Positions 8,234 to 18,776 are shown, counted from the whole stretch's first letter. The stretch is 62,008 nt of DNA, filler included, from 7 parts of 7 records of this genome joined end to end with filler, not necessarily neighbours in it, one strand, 5' to 3'. Numbers and translations: made by a program. Notes: a model not told the origin generated them from the sequence alone.

Positions 8234-9025
8234 ATGCTAGCCATTCGAACATATCAACCAAAGCAATATTCCGATTTGATAGAACGGATTTGGATATTGG
8301 AGACAGGTGATGAACCAAGTGATGTGATTGTACCACCAAGTCAGTACATGCAGCTAATTATACCATTGGAAGGATCCAATTACATTCGAAATGGTAAAAC
8401 TGTAAACAAGATGATTGTTGAGGGTATCAGTTTGCAAACCAATTGTGTTCACTATCCTGTAGGGACTAAGTTAATTGGGATTCGATTTTATCCGTATGGA
8501 ATGTTTCCTTTTTTGAGATACGAAGGAAAAGATTTACTGAATGAAATGATTGAGGTATCACTTCCTGGTAATTTTAGCTTTAGTAAGGGTAAAGATGAGG
8601 CATTACTGAATGAAGCCAACCTGCTACTTGAAGAACTGTACGATGAGGCTGCACATCAAAAAATCAAAGCTTTAAAAGAGTATTATCAAACAGCCCGATG
8701 GAGCGATGATTCTCTTTCGATAGAAGAATATTGCAAGCTGAATGGAACTAATTATACGACGCTTAACCGAAAGTTTACGCAGATAACAGGGCTTAGTACC
8801 AAAAAGTTTGAACGATTGGTAAAATTCAGAAAATCACTTTGTAAATTGATCGATAGCGAGGATCAACTGACCAGCATAGGTGTAGATTCCGGTTATTTCG
8901 ATCAGGCGCACTTCATTCGTGAATTCAAATTGTTCCTCAATTGCACTCCATCTACCTATCAATCGCTCATTCAATCTGCCGATGAGGATACCAAAATCAT
9001 TAATTACAATTTCAGATTGTTCTAG
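8234..9025 (+). CDS. AraC family transcriptional regulator
   Basis: C-terminal GYFDQAHFIREFK HTH motif; GIRFYPYG N-domain. Confidence 0.9.
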   Translation: MLAIRTYQPKQYSDLIERIWILETGDEPSDVIVPPSQYMQLIIPLEGSNYIRNGKTVNKMIVEGISLQTNCVHYPVGTKLIGIRFYPYGMFPFLRYEGKDLLNEMIEVSLPGNFSFSKGKDEALLNEANLLLEELYDEAAHQKIKALKEYYQTARWSDDSLSIEEYCKLNGTNYTTLNRKFTQITGLSTKKFERLVKFRKSLCKLIDSEDQLTSIGVDSGYFDQAHFIREFKLFLNCTPSTYQSLIQSADEDTKIINYNFRLF

Positions 9026-9097
9026 CTGCTTAAAATATACAATTCTCCCAACTTGATCTGCTATAGCTTTGTCTTTCGAAATCAAAAATCAATAGAC

Positions 9098-9487
9098 ATG
9101 AGAATAGAACATTTGGCAATCTGGACCAGAGATTTGGAAGCAATGAAAGACTTTTATACAAAGTATTTTAACATGCAGGCCAGCGATAAATATCACAATC
9201 CTAAAAAAGGATTTACTTCCTATTTTCTCAGCTTCGAAGAATCTTCGAGCAGGTTGGAAATAATGCATAGCATAAATGTAAGTTATGCGATGTGTGGACG
9301 ATCGAGCGCACTGGGATTGGCTCATTTTGCCATATCGGTTGGCGGTAAGCAAAAGGTAGATGAACTCACCGAACGGCTTCGCAATGATTCATATGAAATA
9401 GCAGGTGAACCTAGAACCACTGGCGACGGATATTACGAAAGTGTTGTGTTGGATTGTGAGGGAAATTGTGTGGAGATAACTGAATAA
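9098..9487 (+). CDS. VOC/glyoxalase family protein
   Basis: MRIEHLAIW...GLAHFAISVG...PRTTGDGYYES; ATG at 9098 preferred. Confidence 0.9.
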   Translation: MRIEHLAIWTRDLEAMKDFYTKYFNMQASDKYHNPKKGFTSYFLSFEESSSRLEIMHSINVSYAMCGRSSALGLAHFAISVGGKQKVDELTERLRNDSYEIAGEPRTTGDGYYESVVLDCEGNCVEITE

Positions 9488-9492
9488 TTGCG

Positions 9493-10155
9493 ATGAAAAT
9501 AAAGAATATAGTATTCGACTTTGGTGGAGTATTGATTGATTGGAATCCACGTTATCTGTACCGAAAGGTATTTGATGATGAAGATAAATTGGAGCATTTT
9601 TTAAGTGTGGTTTGTCATTCGGAATGGAATCAGCAATTGGATGCAGGTATCTCTTTTGATGAGGCAATTGTGGAACGAATAAAAAGTTTTCCACAATACG
9701 AAAAGGAGATTAGAAAATACCAAAGCAATTGGATAGAGATGATTGGAGGTGAGATTAAGGAAAATACCTGTTTACTTGATGCCCTGAGTCAAAAATATCA
9801 ATTGTATGGTCTTACCAATTGGTCAGCCGAAACCTTTCCTTTGGTTTACGATCAATTCGGTTTTTTCACAAAACTAAAAGGAATACTAGTCTCGGGAGAG
9901 GAAGAATTAGTGAAACCTGATGTAAGAATATTCGATTTACTTCTGGAGAGATACAAGCTAAAAGCAGAAGAAACACTTTTCATAGATGATAATAAGGGGA
10001 ATATTGATACTGCTAAAAGCTTGGGTTTTCAAACGATCCATTTAGAAAAAGAGGTGAATTTATCTTCAGAATTAAAGAAAATAGGAGTTTTATCTTCAGA
10101 ACCAAGGTTAAGATCTATCTCTGTCCATCGATATAGTGTAAGTATCATATCTTAA
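9493..10155 (+). CDS. HAD superfamily phosphatase
   Basis: VFDFGGVL, LTN, KP and FIDD motifs. Confidence 0.9.
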   Translation: MKIKNIVFDFGGVLIDWNPRYLYRKVFDDEDKLEHFLSVVCHSEWNQQLDAGISFDEAIVERIKSFPQYEKEIRKYQSNWIEMIGGEIKENTCLLDALSQKYQLYGLTNWSAETFPLVYDQFGFFTKLKGILVSGEEELVKPDVRIFDLLLERYKLKAEETLFIDDNKGNIDTAKSLGFQTIHLEKEVNLSSELKKIGVLSSEPRLRSISVHRYSVSIIS

Positions 10156-10337
10156 TATTGTTGTACTCGCTTTTTTAAAGAAAACAGATAGTTTTTTAGA
10201 ATCCTCAAATGGTATTTTTAAATTAAATTCAAATAATTAATTAAACCATTTTAATCTAGTAGAGTCGAATTGATATTAACAGAATAATGGTGAATGCTAC
10301 TAGTAAGTATATTTTATTCATATCAATTTAATAAACA

Positions 10338-10679
10338 ATGAAAAAATTAAAATTTGTAGTTCTGGCTCTTATGATTTTTGGCTCAATTAATCTGACAATG
10401 GCACAGCGCCGTGATCCTAAGGCAATGATTGAAAAGGAAACCAACTGGATGATTGAGAATTTGGATTTAAGTGATTCTCAGGTAAAAGAGGTGAAAGAGG
10501 TGAATGGTGATTTTACAAAGGAGATCCAAGAAATGCTTCAAGGTGGACGTCCTGATCGTACTAAGATGAAAGAAATGCAAACGGATAAGATGAAGCAAAT
10601 GGAAGAGATTCTTAGTGAGGAGCAGTTCAAAGAATATGCGGAGTATAAAGAAAAAATGGAATCGAAGAGAAGAAGATAA
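10338..10679 (+). CDS. Secreted helical protein (Spy/DUF4890-like)
   Basis: Signal peptide; LDLSDSQ and ILSEEQF (LTxxQ-like) motifs. Confidence 0.65.
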   Translation: MKKLKFVVLALMIFGSINLTMAQRRDPKAMIEKETNWMIENLDLSDSQVKEVKEVNGDFTKEIQEMLQGGRPDRTKMKEMQTDKMKQMEEILSEEQFKEYAEYKEKMESKRRR

Positions 10680-10736
10680 AATAAATGTGAATATGTAGTT
10701 TCAAATAGCATACTACTTATTTGTAATCGGTGGGAT

Positions 10737-10765
10737 AAGGTGTCGGCTTTTCGGCACCTTTTTTT
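10737..10765 (+). terminator. Rho-independent terminator
   Basis: AAGGTGTCGG-loop-TCGGCACCTT followed by a T-tract. Confidence 0.75.
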
Positions 10766-10884
10766 ATTTGCTATTAATCATTGTTAATTATAATGAAATG
10801 CACTCTGTAGTTTTGTTTTGGAAAAAATCTCAGCTAAATTGCTGATCACAATTGAACCATAACAACAGCAGATAGAAATATTTC

Positions 10885-12468
10885 ATGCGGAAAAAGAACA
10901 AAATAGAGCACTTTAAGGCATCATTTGGGAAGGTAAAAGATGAAGAGTACAATTTCGAGCTAATCGAAAAATATTTCAGGGATAAGGATAATTCTGGTTC
11001 TTTTCAGGAGCTATCGGATAAAACTTGTTCTGATCTTGATTTTGAAGAGCTGTTTATGTTTCTGGATAGGACCACCTCTAAAATCGGGCAGCAGTGTTTC
11101 TACAACAAATTACGTGTTTTGCCGAATAATTCTGATGGTATCGATCGTAAAGAAAAGATCATACAAGCACTGTCTGAGGATTCGGAATTAAGGATTCGTA
11201 CACAATTACAGCTCGATAAGCTATGCAAGAACGATGTGTATTACGTTTCAACTTTATTTCAGGAAGAGTACGCCAAGCCTCCCAAATGGTTTTTTGTTAT
11301 TCGCTTGCTTTCATTCACCAGCCTATTGTCCTTACTTTTATTTCCCTTTAATCCACAACTATTTTTTGTATTTTTTACGGTATTTATAGCCAATCTTATC
11401 ATCCATTATTGGAACAAGAGAAACCTATACAAGTATTTGGGTTCCATACCACAACTATTGCGCTTACATAAGGTAGCCGTTAATATTAATAAGGAAAAAC
11501 TATTTACTGATATTGATCCAAAATTGGATGATTCCATTCGAATTTTGAATCAGGTTCGGAACAGAATGTCATTTTTTAGGTTGGAAGCTCATCTGCAAAG
11601 CGAAATGGAAGCGGTATTTTGGTTTTTAATGGAGTTATTCAAAATTACTTTTATTCTGGAGCCATTGCTATTGTTTGGTATTTTGGACCGTTTAGATCGC
11701 AAGAGAATAGAGATTGAGAAGGTGTTCTCATATGTTGGTGAGGTAGATATCTTGCTTTCTATTGCGTCACTGCGAAAAGGATTAGATACTTACTGTCTGC
11801 CCAAAATAAGCGAATCGAATTTTTCTGCAACAGGGGTATGTCATCCTTTAATCTACAATTGTGTTCCCAATAGCATACAGCTTTCCGATAAATCGATATT
11901 GCTTACTGGTTCCAATATGTCAGGAAAAACCTCTTTCATACGAGCCATTGGCATTAATGCCTTATGCGGATTAACTATTAATACCTGTTTTGCCGAACAA
12001 ATGACCCTTCCGAGAGTTAGGATATTCTCAGCAATACGCATTAGTGACGATTTGTTGAATGATAAAAGCTATTATTTCGAGGAAGTGCTCACCATTAAAG
12101 ACATGATTGACAATAGTGCGAATGGCCAGCCAAATCTGTTTCTATTGGATGAAATTTTTAAGGGAACCAATACGATTGAGAGAATTTCGGCAGGAAAGGC
12201 TGTTCTTTCATCATTAGCAAATAGAAACAATATTGTGTTTGTATCAACTCACGATATTGAATTGACAGACTTATTACAACAAGAGTATGAATTGTTTCAT
12301 TTTAGTGAATTGGTAAACGAGAACAATGTTGATTTTGATTACAAACTTAAGGAAGGAAAGCTACTCAATCGAAATGCCATACGGATTCTTCAAATTAACA
12401 ATTATCCCGATGATTTAATTGATGAGGCAATTGCTCTATCAAAAACTCTTGATAATAAATCATCCTAA
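10885..12468 (+). CDS. MutS domain-V (ATPase-only) membrane protein
   Basis: TGSNMSGKT Walker A, LLDEIFKGTN, STHD; TM segments; no mismatch-binding domain. Confidence 0.9.
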   Translation: MRKKNKIEHFKASFGKVKDEEYNFELIEKYFRDKDNSGSFQELSDKTCSDLDFEELFMFLDRTTSKIGQQCFYNKLRVLPNNSDGIDRKEKIIQALSEDSELRIRTQLQLDKLCKNDVYYVSTLFQEEYAKPPKWFFVIRLLSFTSLLSLLLFPFNPQLFFVFFTVFIANLIIHYWNKRNLYKYLGSIPQLLRLHKVAVNINKEKLFTDIDPKLDDSIRILNQVRNRMSFFRLEAHLQSEMEAVFWFLMELFKITFILEPLLLFGILDRLDRKRIEIEKVFSYVGEVDILLSIASLRKGLDTYCLPKISESNFSATGVCHPLIYNCVPNSIQLSDKSILLTGSNMSGKTSFIRAIGINALCGLTINTCFAEQMTLPRVRIFSAIRISDDLLNDKSYYFEEVLTIKDMIDNSANGQPNLFLLDEIFKGTNTIERISAGKAVLSSLANRNNIVFVSTHDIELTDLLQQEYELFHFSELVNENNVDFDYKLKEGKLLNRNAIRILQINNYPDDLIDEAIALSKTLDNKSS

Positions 12469-12537
12469 AATCTGCAGCTAAAAAATCTTTTCCAACTCAA
12501 TTACAAGTTGTAACTTATGCTTATAAGCTTAGCTAGC

Positions 12538-13035
12538 ATGAGATACCTACTGTTTACATTTCTATTACTGATTTCCTTTTCATGTACAAAGTCTGTAGAT
12601 GAGAATCGCGTAATTGACACGCAAAAATTTTCTCAATTGATTACGGAAAAAGATAAAACATTAGTGTATGTATGGACCACATGGTGCAGTGGTTGCCGTA
12701 AAAGTTTATCGGAAACACTACCCAAGCTCATGAATGACATTAGCTCTGAAGAGTATCAGTTGATATTGATAGCAGCCAGTAAAAACAGGGTAGAGGTAGA
12801 TTCTTTGGTAGGAGCAAGTGGTTTAAGCAACAGTTCCTGGTTCCTCGATTTTTTAGGACCAGACAAAGGCAGTTTCCAATCCATTGGCATTCGACAATTT
12901 TTATCGGCTAACTTTAAAGGAGAAAAAATCTATACAGGTGGTATTCCTGTATTTTTTCTGGTCGATCGTAATAAAAAGGTATTGGAAAAGAAATTGCCGC
13001 ATTCTTATGATGAATTAATGCAGCTTTTGAAATAA
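12538..13035 (+). CDS. Thioredoxin-like (TlpA) lipoprotein
   Basis: Lipobox FSC; WCSGC motif; GIP cis-Pro loop. Confidence 0.75.
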   Translation: MRYLLFTFLLLISFSCTKSVDENRVIDTQKFSQLITEKDKTLVYVWTTWCSGCRKSLSETLPKLMNDISSEEYQLILIAASKNRVEVDSLVGASGLSNSSWFLDFLGPDKGSFQSIGIRQFLSANFKGEKIYTGGIPVFFLVDRNKKVLEKKLPHSYDELMQLLK

Positions 13036-13191
13036 AAGTTCCAAACCTCAAACCCTTGGCATTAGGTTTGAATAATAGATCATGGAAAATTAAACGATTG
13101 ACTTTTCGATTGTTAGATGTTCATAAAACAAAAAGACCCATCAGTTAACTGACAGGTCTAATTTCAAATATCATTAAATCGCTTTCGCGTC

Positions 13192-14466
13192 TTATTCTTC
13201 GTACATAAATTTATCCGTGAAAGCAGGTTTTAAATCATCTAACCAAAGTGCTTTCGGATCGTATTTGGCAAAGAATGGTTGTCCTACCCAGTCGTTGTTT
13301 CGTCCCTGAATAAAGTTTAGAACAAATACTTTTTCGCCATTAATTTCGGTGATACCAGCAACTTGTACTTTACCAGGATTAGCTGACATACTAGGTCCAC
13401 GAACGGTACGGCAAACACCACTTACCTGAGAATAGGCTTTTCGGAAGATGTTCCAGGCCTCTTCTAAAGTAATCGCAAAATATTCCTGAGCACCCGTTTC
13501 GCGAGCAATAAACATGTAGTAAGGAATCATTCCCATATCTACTTGTTTTCTCCACATGCGAGCCCACATATCCGCATCATCGTTCAAATGCTTCATTAAT
13601 GGCGACTGAGTTCTGATAACAGCACCCGTTGCACGAATGTTTTTAACAGCTTGGGCTACAGCTTCAGTACTCATTTCGTTAATGTGGTTGAAATGTGCCA
13701 TAATAGACAAATTCAATCCGTTGTCAGCAATCTTTTGGAATACATCCAATAATTGTTGAGCATCATCATCCGATGTGTAACGGTATGGCCAGTATCCTAA
13801 TGTTTTGGTACCAATACGAATGGTTTTCAAGTTTGGAATATCAGCAGCAAGAATTGCATCGATATAGTTTTCAAACATTTTCGATTTCATTACCATTGGA
13901 TCTCCACCCGTAAACAGTAAATCTGTAATTTGTGGATTTTCTCTTAAGTAAGCAATCACCAAATCAACTTGTTTCATGGCAAACTTCAATTCATCGATTC
14001 CTGTAAATTGAGGCCAACGGAAACAAAAAGTACAATAAGCATGACAAGTTTGTCCCTGAGTTGGGAAAAATAGCATGGTTTCATTGTATTTGTGCTGAAT
14101 ACCAACCAATTTCTCACCGTTTAATTCAGGAACATTATGAACCTGTCCGGCAGGATTTGGATTTAAATCCATCCTGATTTGATTGGCTGCTTTGGTAATT
14201 TCCGGGCGAGATGCACCACTCTTGATTAATACAGCCATGCGATCGTAATGCTTGGCTGATAACATATCTTTTTGAGGAAATGTTAGGATGAAAATTGGAT
14301 CATTTTCAAAATTATCCCAATCAATTAACTCATCAACTACATAGTTATTTGCTTTAAATGGAAGAACCTCTCCAACTACCTCGATGTCAAAAATCTGCTC
14401 TTCACTCAATCTACTGATCTGAGGGATTTTCTTAAAGGTCTTCAATGTGTAAGCTCTATACTTCAT
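13192..14466 (-). CDS. KamA family radical SAM aminomutase
   Basis: CHAYCTFC (CxxxCxxC), TGGDP, PYYMF, NPGK. Confidence 0.9.
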   Translation of the reverse strand: MKYRAYTLKTFKKIPQISRLSEEQIFDIEVVGEVLPFKANNYVVDELIDWDNFENDPIFILTFPQKDMLSAKHYDRMAVLIKSGASRPEITKAANQIRMDLNPNPAGQVHNVPELNGEKLVGIQHKYNETMLFFPTQGQTCHAYCTFCFRWPQFTGIDELKFAMKQVDLVIAYLRENPQITDLLFTGGDPMVMKSKMFENYIDAILAADIPNLKTIRIGTKTLGYWPYRYTSDDDAQQLLDVFQKIADNGLNLSIMAHFNHINEMSTEAVAQAVKNIRATGAVIRTQSPLMKHLNDDADMWARMWRKQVDMGMIPYYMFIARETGAQEYFAITLEEAWNIFRKAYSQVSGVCRTVRGPSMSANPGKVQVAGITEINGEKVFVLNFIQGRNNDWVGQPFFAKYDPKALWLDDLKPAFTDKFMYEE

Positions 14467-14723
14467 AGGCTAATATCCGGTTTTGATGTTTTAACATACA
14501 ATCGAGTTGTGAAAACGATTGCTTTAGTTGTAATTCGTTTATTCAAAATCAAGCTATTAGGATATGGTAGCAACGAAATTGGTGAAAACTCGTGCGAGTC
14601 ATAGGCTACATTTAGGATTCCTTATTTAAATTTAAGGAAAAAATGGGATATTTTCCATATAAACTGTTCATAGTCAGCTGTAAAAGGAAGGCTATTATCC
14701 CAGTGTATCAAATAGCTGTGGCA

Positions 14724-14731
14724 CAAAAGTA
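14724..14731 (-). promoter_or_regulatory. Bacteroidota -7 promoter box for the kamA-like gene
   Basis: TACTTTTG on the minus strand; a divergent TACTTTTG at 14843-14850 serves the U32 gene. Confidence 0.5.
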
Positions 14732-14950
14732 TATTTTTTAAATCTCTTAAACAAGAGGGGAATGCCTATATAAAATGTGCAGTGCTAAGGATTTAACTTT
14801 TCAGACCTTCTTATTTGTTTTGCAGGAATGACTCATAAAGATTACTTTTGCTGAGGATCAGACAGAAGATGCACGGCTTGTAAAATCCTTATTTAACAGG
14901 TATTTCGTGTATTCTAAATAAAATTTTTTTAGCATTTCGATATTTATTTA

Positions 14951-16207
14951 ATGAAAAGAAGTGAGATAGAGTTAATGGCACCAGTAGGTTCATATGAATC
15001 ATTAATGGCTGCCGTTCAAGGAGGAGCCAATTCGATATATTTTGGAATTGAGCAATTGAACATGCGTTCCAGATCGGCGAACAATTTTACCTTTGAAGAT
15101 CTACGCAAGATTGCCTCAATTTGTAAAGAGAATAACATGAAATCTTACCTGACTGTTAACACGGTTTTGTTCGATCATGATATTAAATTAATGTATAAGA
15201 TTGTTGATGCAGCAAAGGAGAGTGGTGTTACTGCCATTATTGCTTCCGATGTTTCGGCAATCATGTATGCACGATCGATCGATGTTGAAGTTCACATCTC
15301 TACACAATGCAATATCACCAATATTGAAGCAGTTAAGTTTTATTCACAGTTTGCCGATGTTGTTGTGCTTGCAAGGGAATTGAATCTAAATCAGGTAAAA
15401 GGAATTTACGATCAGATTTTAGAGCAGGATATTCGCGGACCAAAGGGTGAATTGGTTCAAATTGAGATGTTTGCACACGGTGCGCTTTGCATGGCGGTTT
15501 CAGGAAAATGCTATTTGAGTTTGCATGAGAAAAATGCTTCGGCAAATCGTGGTGCTTGCATGCAAACCTGTCGTAAGGCGTATACAGTTACCGAAAAGGA
15601 ATCAGGAAACGAGTTGGAGATCGACAATGAATTTATCATGTCGCCTCAGGATTTGTGTACCATTGGCTTTTTAAACAAGTTAATTGATGCAGGGGTTCGT
15701 GTTCTTAAATTTGAAGGTAGAGCTCGCTCTCCAGAATATGTAAAAACAGTTGTTTCTTCGTATAGTGATGCTGTTGATGCTTATTTGGATGGAACTTACG
15801 ATGAGGAGAAGATAGATATCTGGATGGAAAAGCTTTCAACGGTTTTTAACCGTGGTTTCTGGAATGGATACTATTTGGGACAAAAACTAGGAGAGTGGAG
15901 TTCGAAATATGGAAATCGGGCAACCAAGCGTAAAATGTTGATTGGTAAAGGCACTAACTATTTTACTAAGATTAAAGTGGCTGAATTTCAATTGGAATCT
16001 AACGAATTAAAGGTTGGTGATGAGATTTTAATCACTGGACCAACAACAGGAGTTGTAGAAACTACCATTAAAGAGATTCGTGTAGATTTAAAACCAGTTG
16101 AAAAAGCCGTCAAAGGGGATAGTTTCTCCATTGCTTTGGATACAATGATTCGCCGATCGGATAAACTTTACAAAGTGGTTGAAGTGACCAATGATCTAAT
16201 TCAATAA
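14951..16207 (+). CDS. Peptidase U32 family protein (TrhP-like RNA hydroxylation)
   Basis: ELMAPVG, HISTQ, HGALCMAVSGKC, NRGACMQTCR, KFEGR. Confidence 0.9.
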   Translation: MKRSEIELMAPVGSYESLMAAVQGGANSIYFGIEQLNMRSRSANNFTFEDLRKIASICKENNMKSYLTVNTVLFDHDIKLMYKIVDAAKESGVTAIIASDVSAIMYARSIDVEVHISTQCNITNIEAVKFYSQFADVVVLARELNLNQVKGIYDQILEQDIRGPKGELVQIEMFAHGALCMAVSGKCYLSLHEKNASANRGACMQTCRKAYTVTEKESGNELEIDNEFIMSPQDLCTIGFLNKLIDAGVRVLKFEGRARSPEYVKTVVSSYSDAVDAYLDGTYDEEKIDIWMEKLSTVFNRGFWNGYYLGQKLGEWSSKYGNRATKRKMLIGKGTNYFTKIKVAEFQLESNELKVGDEILITGPTTGVVETTIKEIRVDLKPVEKAVKGDSFSIALDTMIRRSDKLYKVVEVTNDLIQ

Positions 16208-16232
16208 ACGTATAAAACAGATTCATAATAAT

Positions 16233-16259
16233 GTACAGACGCACGGCAGTGCGTCTCTA
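16233..16259. repeat. REP-like palindrome
   Basis: GTAC-AGACGCAC-GGCA-GTGCGTCT-CTA, intergenic. Confidence 0.7.
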
Positions 16260-16270
16260 AGAGAAAAAAT

Positions 16271-16774
16271 ATGAAAAAATTACTCTTTACACTTGTTGCG
16301 TTAATCGCAGTATCAACTTTGTTTGCTAACGACTACAAAGGTTCTTTGTTGAAAAATGGAGACAATGTTCCTCAATTTAAAGTTACAACTCTTGATGGGA
16401 AAGAGATAGCAATTGCTGATTTAAAGGGCAAAGTTGTTCTGATTAACTTTTTTGCAACCTGGTGCGGACCTTGTATGAAAGAATTGCCAGAAGTTGAGTC
16501 TCAGTTATGGCCTAAATTCAAGAATGAAAATTTTGTGATGGTTTCCATTGGTCGTGAGCACACAAAAGAGCAGTTGTTGAAATGGAACAAGAAGAAAGGT
16601 TTTACTTTCCCAATAGCACCAGATCCTAAACGTGAGGTCTATTCAAAATTTGCGAGTCAATACATTCCTCGTAACTTTATCGTTGATAAGAGTGGAAAAA
16701 TTGTTTGGCAAGGTGTGGGATTCGATCAAAAAGAGTTAGATCACATGATCAAAACCATTCAGGAAAACTTGTAA
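16271..16774 (+). CDS. TlpA disulfide reductase family protein
   Basis: Signal peptide; NFFATWCGPC; IPRNF. Confidence 0.9.
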   Translation: MKKLLFTLVALIAVSTLFANDYKGSLLKNGDNVPQFKVTTLDGKEIAIADLKGKVVLINFFATWCGPCMKELPEVESQLWPKFKNENFVMVSIGREHTKEQLLKWNKKKGFTFPIAPDPKREVYSKFASQYIPRNFIVDKSGKIVWQGVGFDQKELDHMIKTIQENL

Positions 16775-16786
16775 CAGACGAACAGA

Positions 16787-17581
16787 ATGCAGGGAAATAT
16801 TAGAAAAATGTATACCCATTTAGGGGAGAATGTTGACTATAAATTGCCTATTGGTGATGAATTGGTGGACATGAACTCGTTGATTGGAAAAGAAATAAGT
16901 TTTAAATATTTGGGACAGATAAATTGTATTCATTGTGGAAAGAAAACCAAAACTTCTTTCTCGCAAGGATATTGTTACTCTTGTTTCACTACGCTTCCAC
17001 AAACCGATCCAAGCATTGTTCGTCCGGAATTGGATTTGTCCTATTTAGGAATATCCCGGGATATGGAGTGGGCTAAGGAGAACTCTTTGAAGCCTCACTA
17101 TGTATATTTGGCTTATTCAGGTAATTTAAAAGTGGGAGTGACCAGGGAGTCTCAGGTTCCCACTCGTTGGATGGATCAGGGAGCTACCAGAGCCATAAAA
17201 TTGGCAAAAACACCAAACAGACACATTGCAGGTGTTATTGAGGTGGCTTTAAAGAAGCATTTTTCTGATAAAACCAACTGGAGAGAGATGCTGAAGCAAG
17301 AAAATCATACAGATATTGATTTATTGGCTGAGAAGAAAAAGGCAGAAGATCTTTTGCATCCTGAGTTGAAGCAGTATCTCAGTAATGAGGATGAAGTTTA
17401 CAAGATTGCATTCCCAGTTACCGAAACTTTGGATAAGATCAAAAGCTTTGGTTTTGAGAAAGTCAGTGAGTATACGGGAGTTTTAAAAGGAATTAAGGGG
17501 CAATACCTCATTTTTGAAGGCGGACAAGTTATAAATATTCGAAAACATAGCGGATATTTAATCGAATTGAAAGCAGAATAG
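16787..17581 (+). CDS. DUF2797 family protein
   Basis: CIHCGKKTKTSFSQGYC; VYLA...KVGVTR...TRWMDQGA; GIKGQYL. Confidence 0.85.
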   Translation: MQGNIRKMYTHLGENVDYKLPIGDELVDMNSLIGKEISFKYLGQINCIHCGKKTKTSFSQGYCYSCFTTLPQTDPSIVRPELDLSYLGISRDMEWAKENSLKPHYVYLAYSGNLKVGVTRESQVPTRWMDQGATRAIKLAKTPNRHIAGVIEVALKKHFSDKTNWREMLKQENHTDIDLLAEKKKAEDLLHPELKQYLSNEDEVYKIAFPVTETLDKIKSFGFEKVSEYTGVLKGIKGQYLIFEGGQVINIRKHSGYLIELKAE

Positions 17582-17693
17582 GTAAAAAAGAGTAAAATTG
17601 TAGGCAAAAAGACCAAGTTTCTTAATATATTTGCCTTATATCTTTTATACTTAAATAAAAACAAAACACTAATCGCTAAATTCATATCTGAAA

Positions 17694-18710
17694 ATGGAAA
17701 ACATAGACTGGAAAGAATTTGGTTTTGGATACACTAAAACCGATTACAATGTTCGTTGTCACTATCGTGATGGAAAATGGGGAGAATTAGAAGTTTCTTC
17801 TTCTGATCAGGTTAATGTGCACATTGCAGCTACCGGATTACATTACGGACAGCAGGCATTCGAAGGTTTAAAAGCATTTAAAGGTCCTGATGGAAAAGTA
17901 AGAGTATTCCGCATTGATGAGAATGGAAAACGTCTTCAGAATTCATCTAATGGTATTATGATGGCAGAAATGCCTCTTGAATTGTTCGAAGAAGCTGTAA
18001 CCAAGGCAATCAAACTAAACGAAAGATGGGTTCCTCCTTACGAGTCGGGTGCTTCTCTTTATATTCGTCCAGTTCTTTTTGGTAATGGTGCTCAAGTTGG
18101 TGTCAACCCAGCGCCGGAATATACATTTGCTGTATTCGTAATGCCGGTAGGACCTTATTTCAAAGAAGGTTTCAAACCAACTGACTACGTAATTTATCGT
18201 GAGTACGATCGTGCTGCTCCACAGGGAACAGGTACTATCAAAGTTGGTGGTAACTATGCTTCATCTTTAAGAGGAGGAACACGTGCACACGATGAGGGAT
18301 TTTCTGCAGTACTATTTTTAGACGCTAAGGAAAAGAAATATATCGACGAGTGTGGACCTGCTAACTTCTTCGGAATTAAGGATAACTCGTATGTAACTCC
18401 AAAATCAAACTCAATTTTACCTTCTATAACAAACAAAAGTTTGTGTCAGATCGCTGAAGATATGGGTATGACTGTAGAGCGTAGACCAATTACTGTTGAA
18501 GAATTGGCTGACTTTACTGAAGCTGGTGCTTGTGGTACTGCTGCTGTAATTTCTCCAATTCGTAAGATTGTTGACGCAGATAATAAAATTGATTATTTCT
18601 ACGGTGATGAGGCTGGTAAGACTAGTTTCAAATTGTATGAAACACTTCGTGGCATTCAGTACGGAACTATTGAAGACAAGCACAATTGGAACACAATTAT
18701 CGAGTTTTAA
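17694..18710 (+). CDS. ilvE: Branched-chain amino acid aminotransferase
   Basis: HYGQQAFEGLKA, LYIRP, KVGGNY, ILPSIT, GTAAVISP. Confidence 0.95.
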   Translation: MENIDWKEFGFGYTKTDYNVRCHYRDGKWGELEVSSSDQVNVHIAATGLHYGQQAFEGLKAFKGPDGKVRVFRIDENGKRLQNSSNGIMMAEMPLELFEEAVTKAIKLNERWVPPYESGASLYIRPVLFGNGAQVGVNPAPEYTFAVFVMPVGPYFKEGFKPTDYVIYREYDRAAPQGTGTIKVGGNYASSLRGGTRAHDEGFSAVLFLDAKEKKYIDECGPANFFGIKDNSYVTPKSNSILPSITNKSLCQIAEDMGMTVERRPITVEELADFTEAGACGTAAVISPIRKIVDADNKIDYFYGDEAGKTSFKLYETLRGIQYGTIEDKHNWNTIIEF

Positions 18711-18740
18711 TCGATAATTATTATTCCTTTGATAAAATAG

Positions 18741-18776
18741 AAAAAGAGCATCGGGGATTTCCTGATGCTCTTTTTT
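18741..18776 (+). terminator. Rho-independent terminator
   Basis: AAAAAGAGCATCGGG-loop-CCTGATGCTCTTTTTT. Confidence 0.85.
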
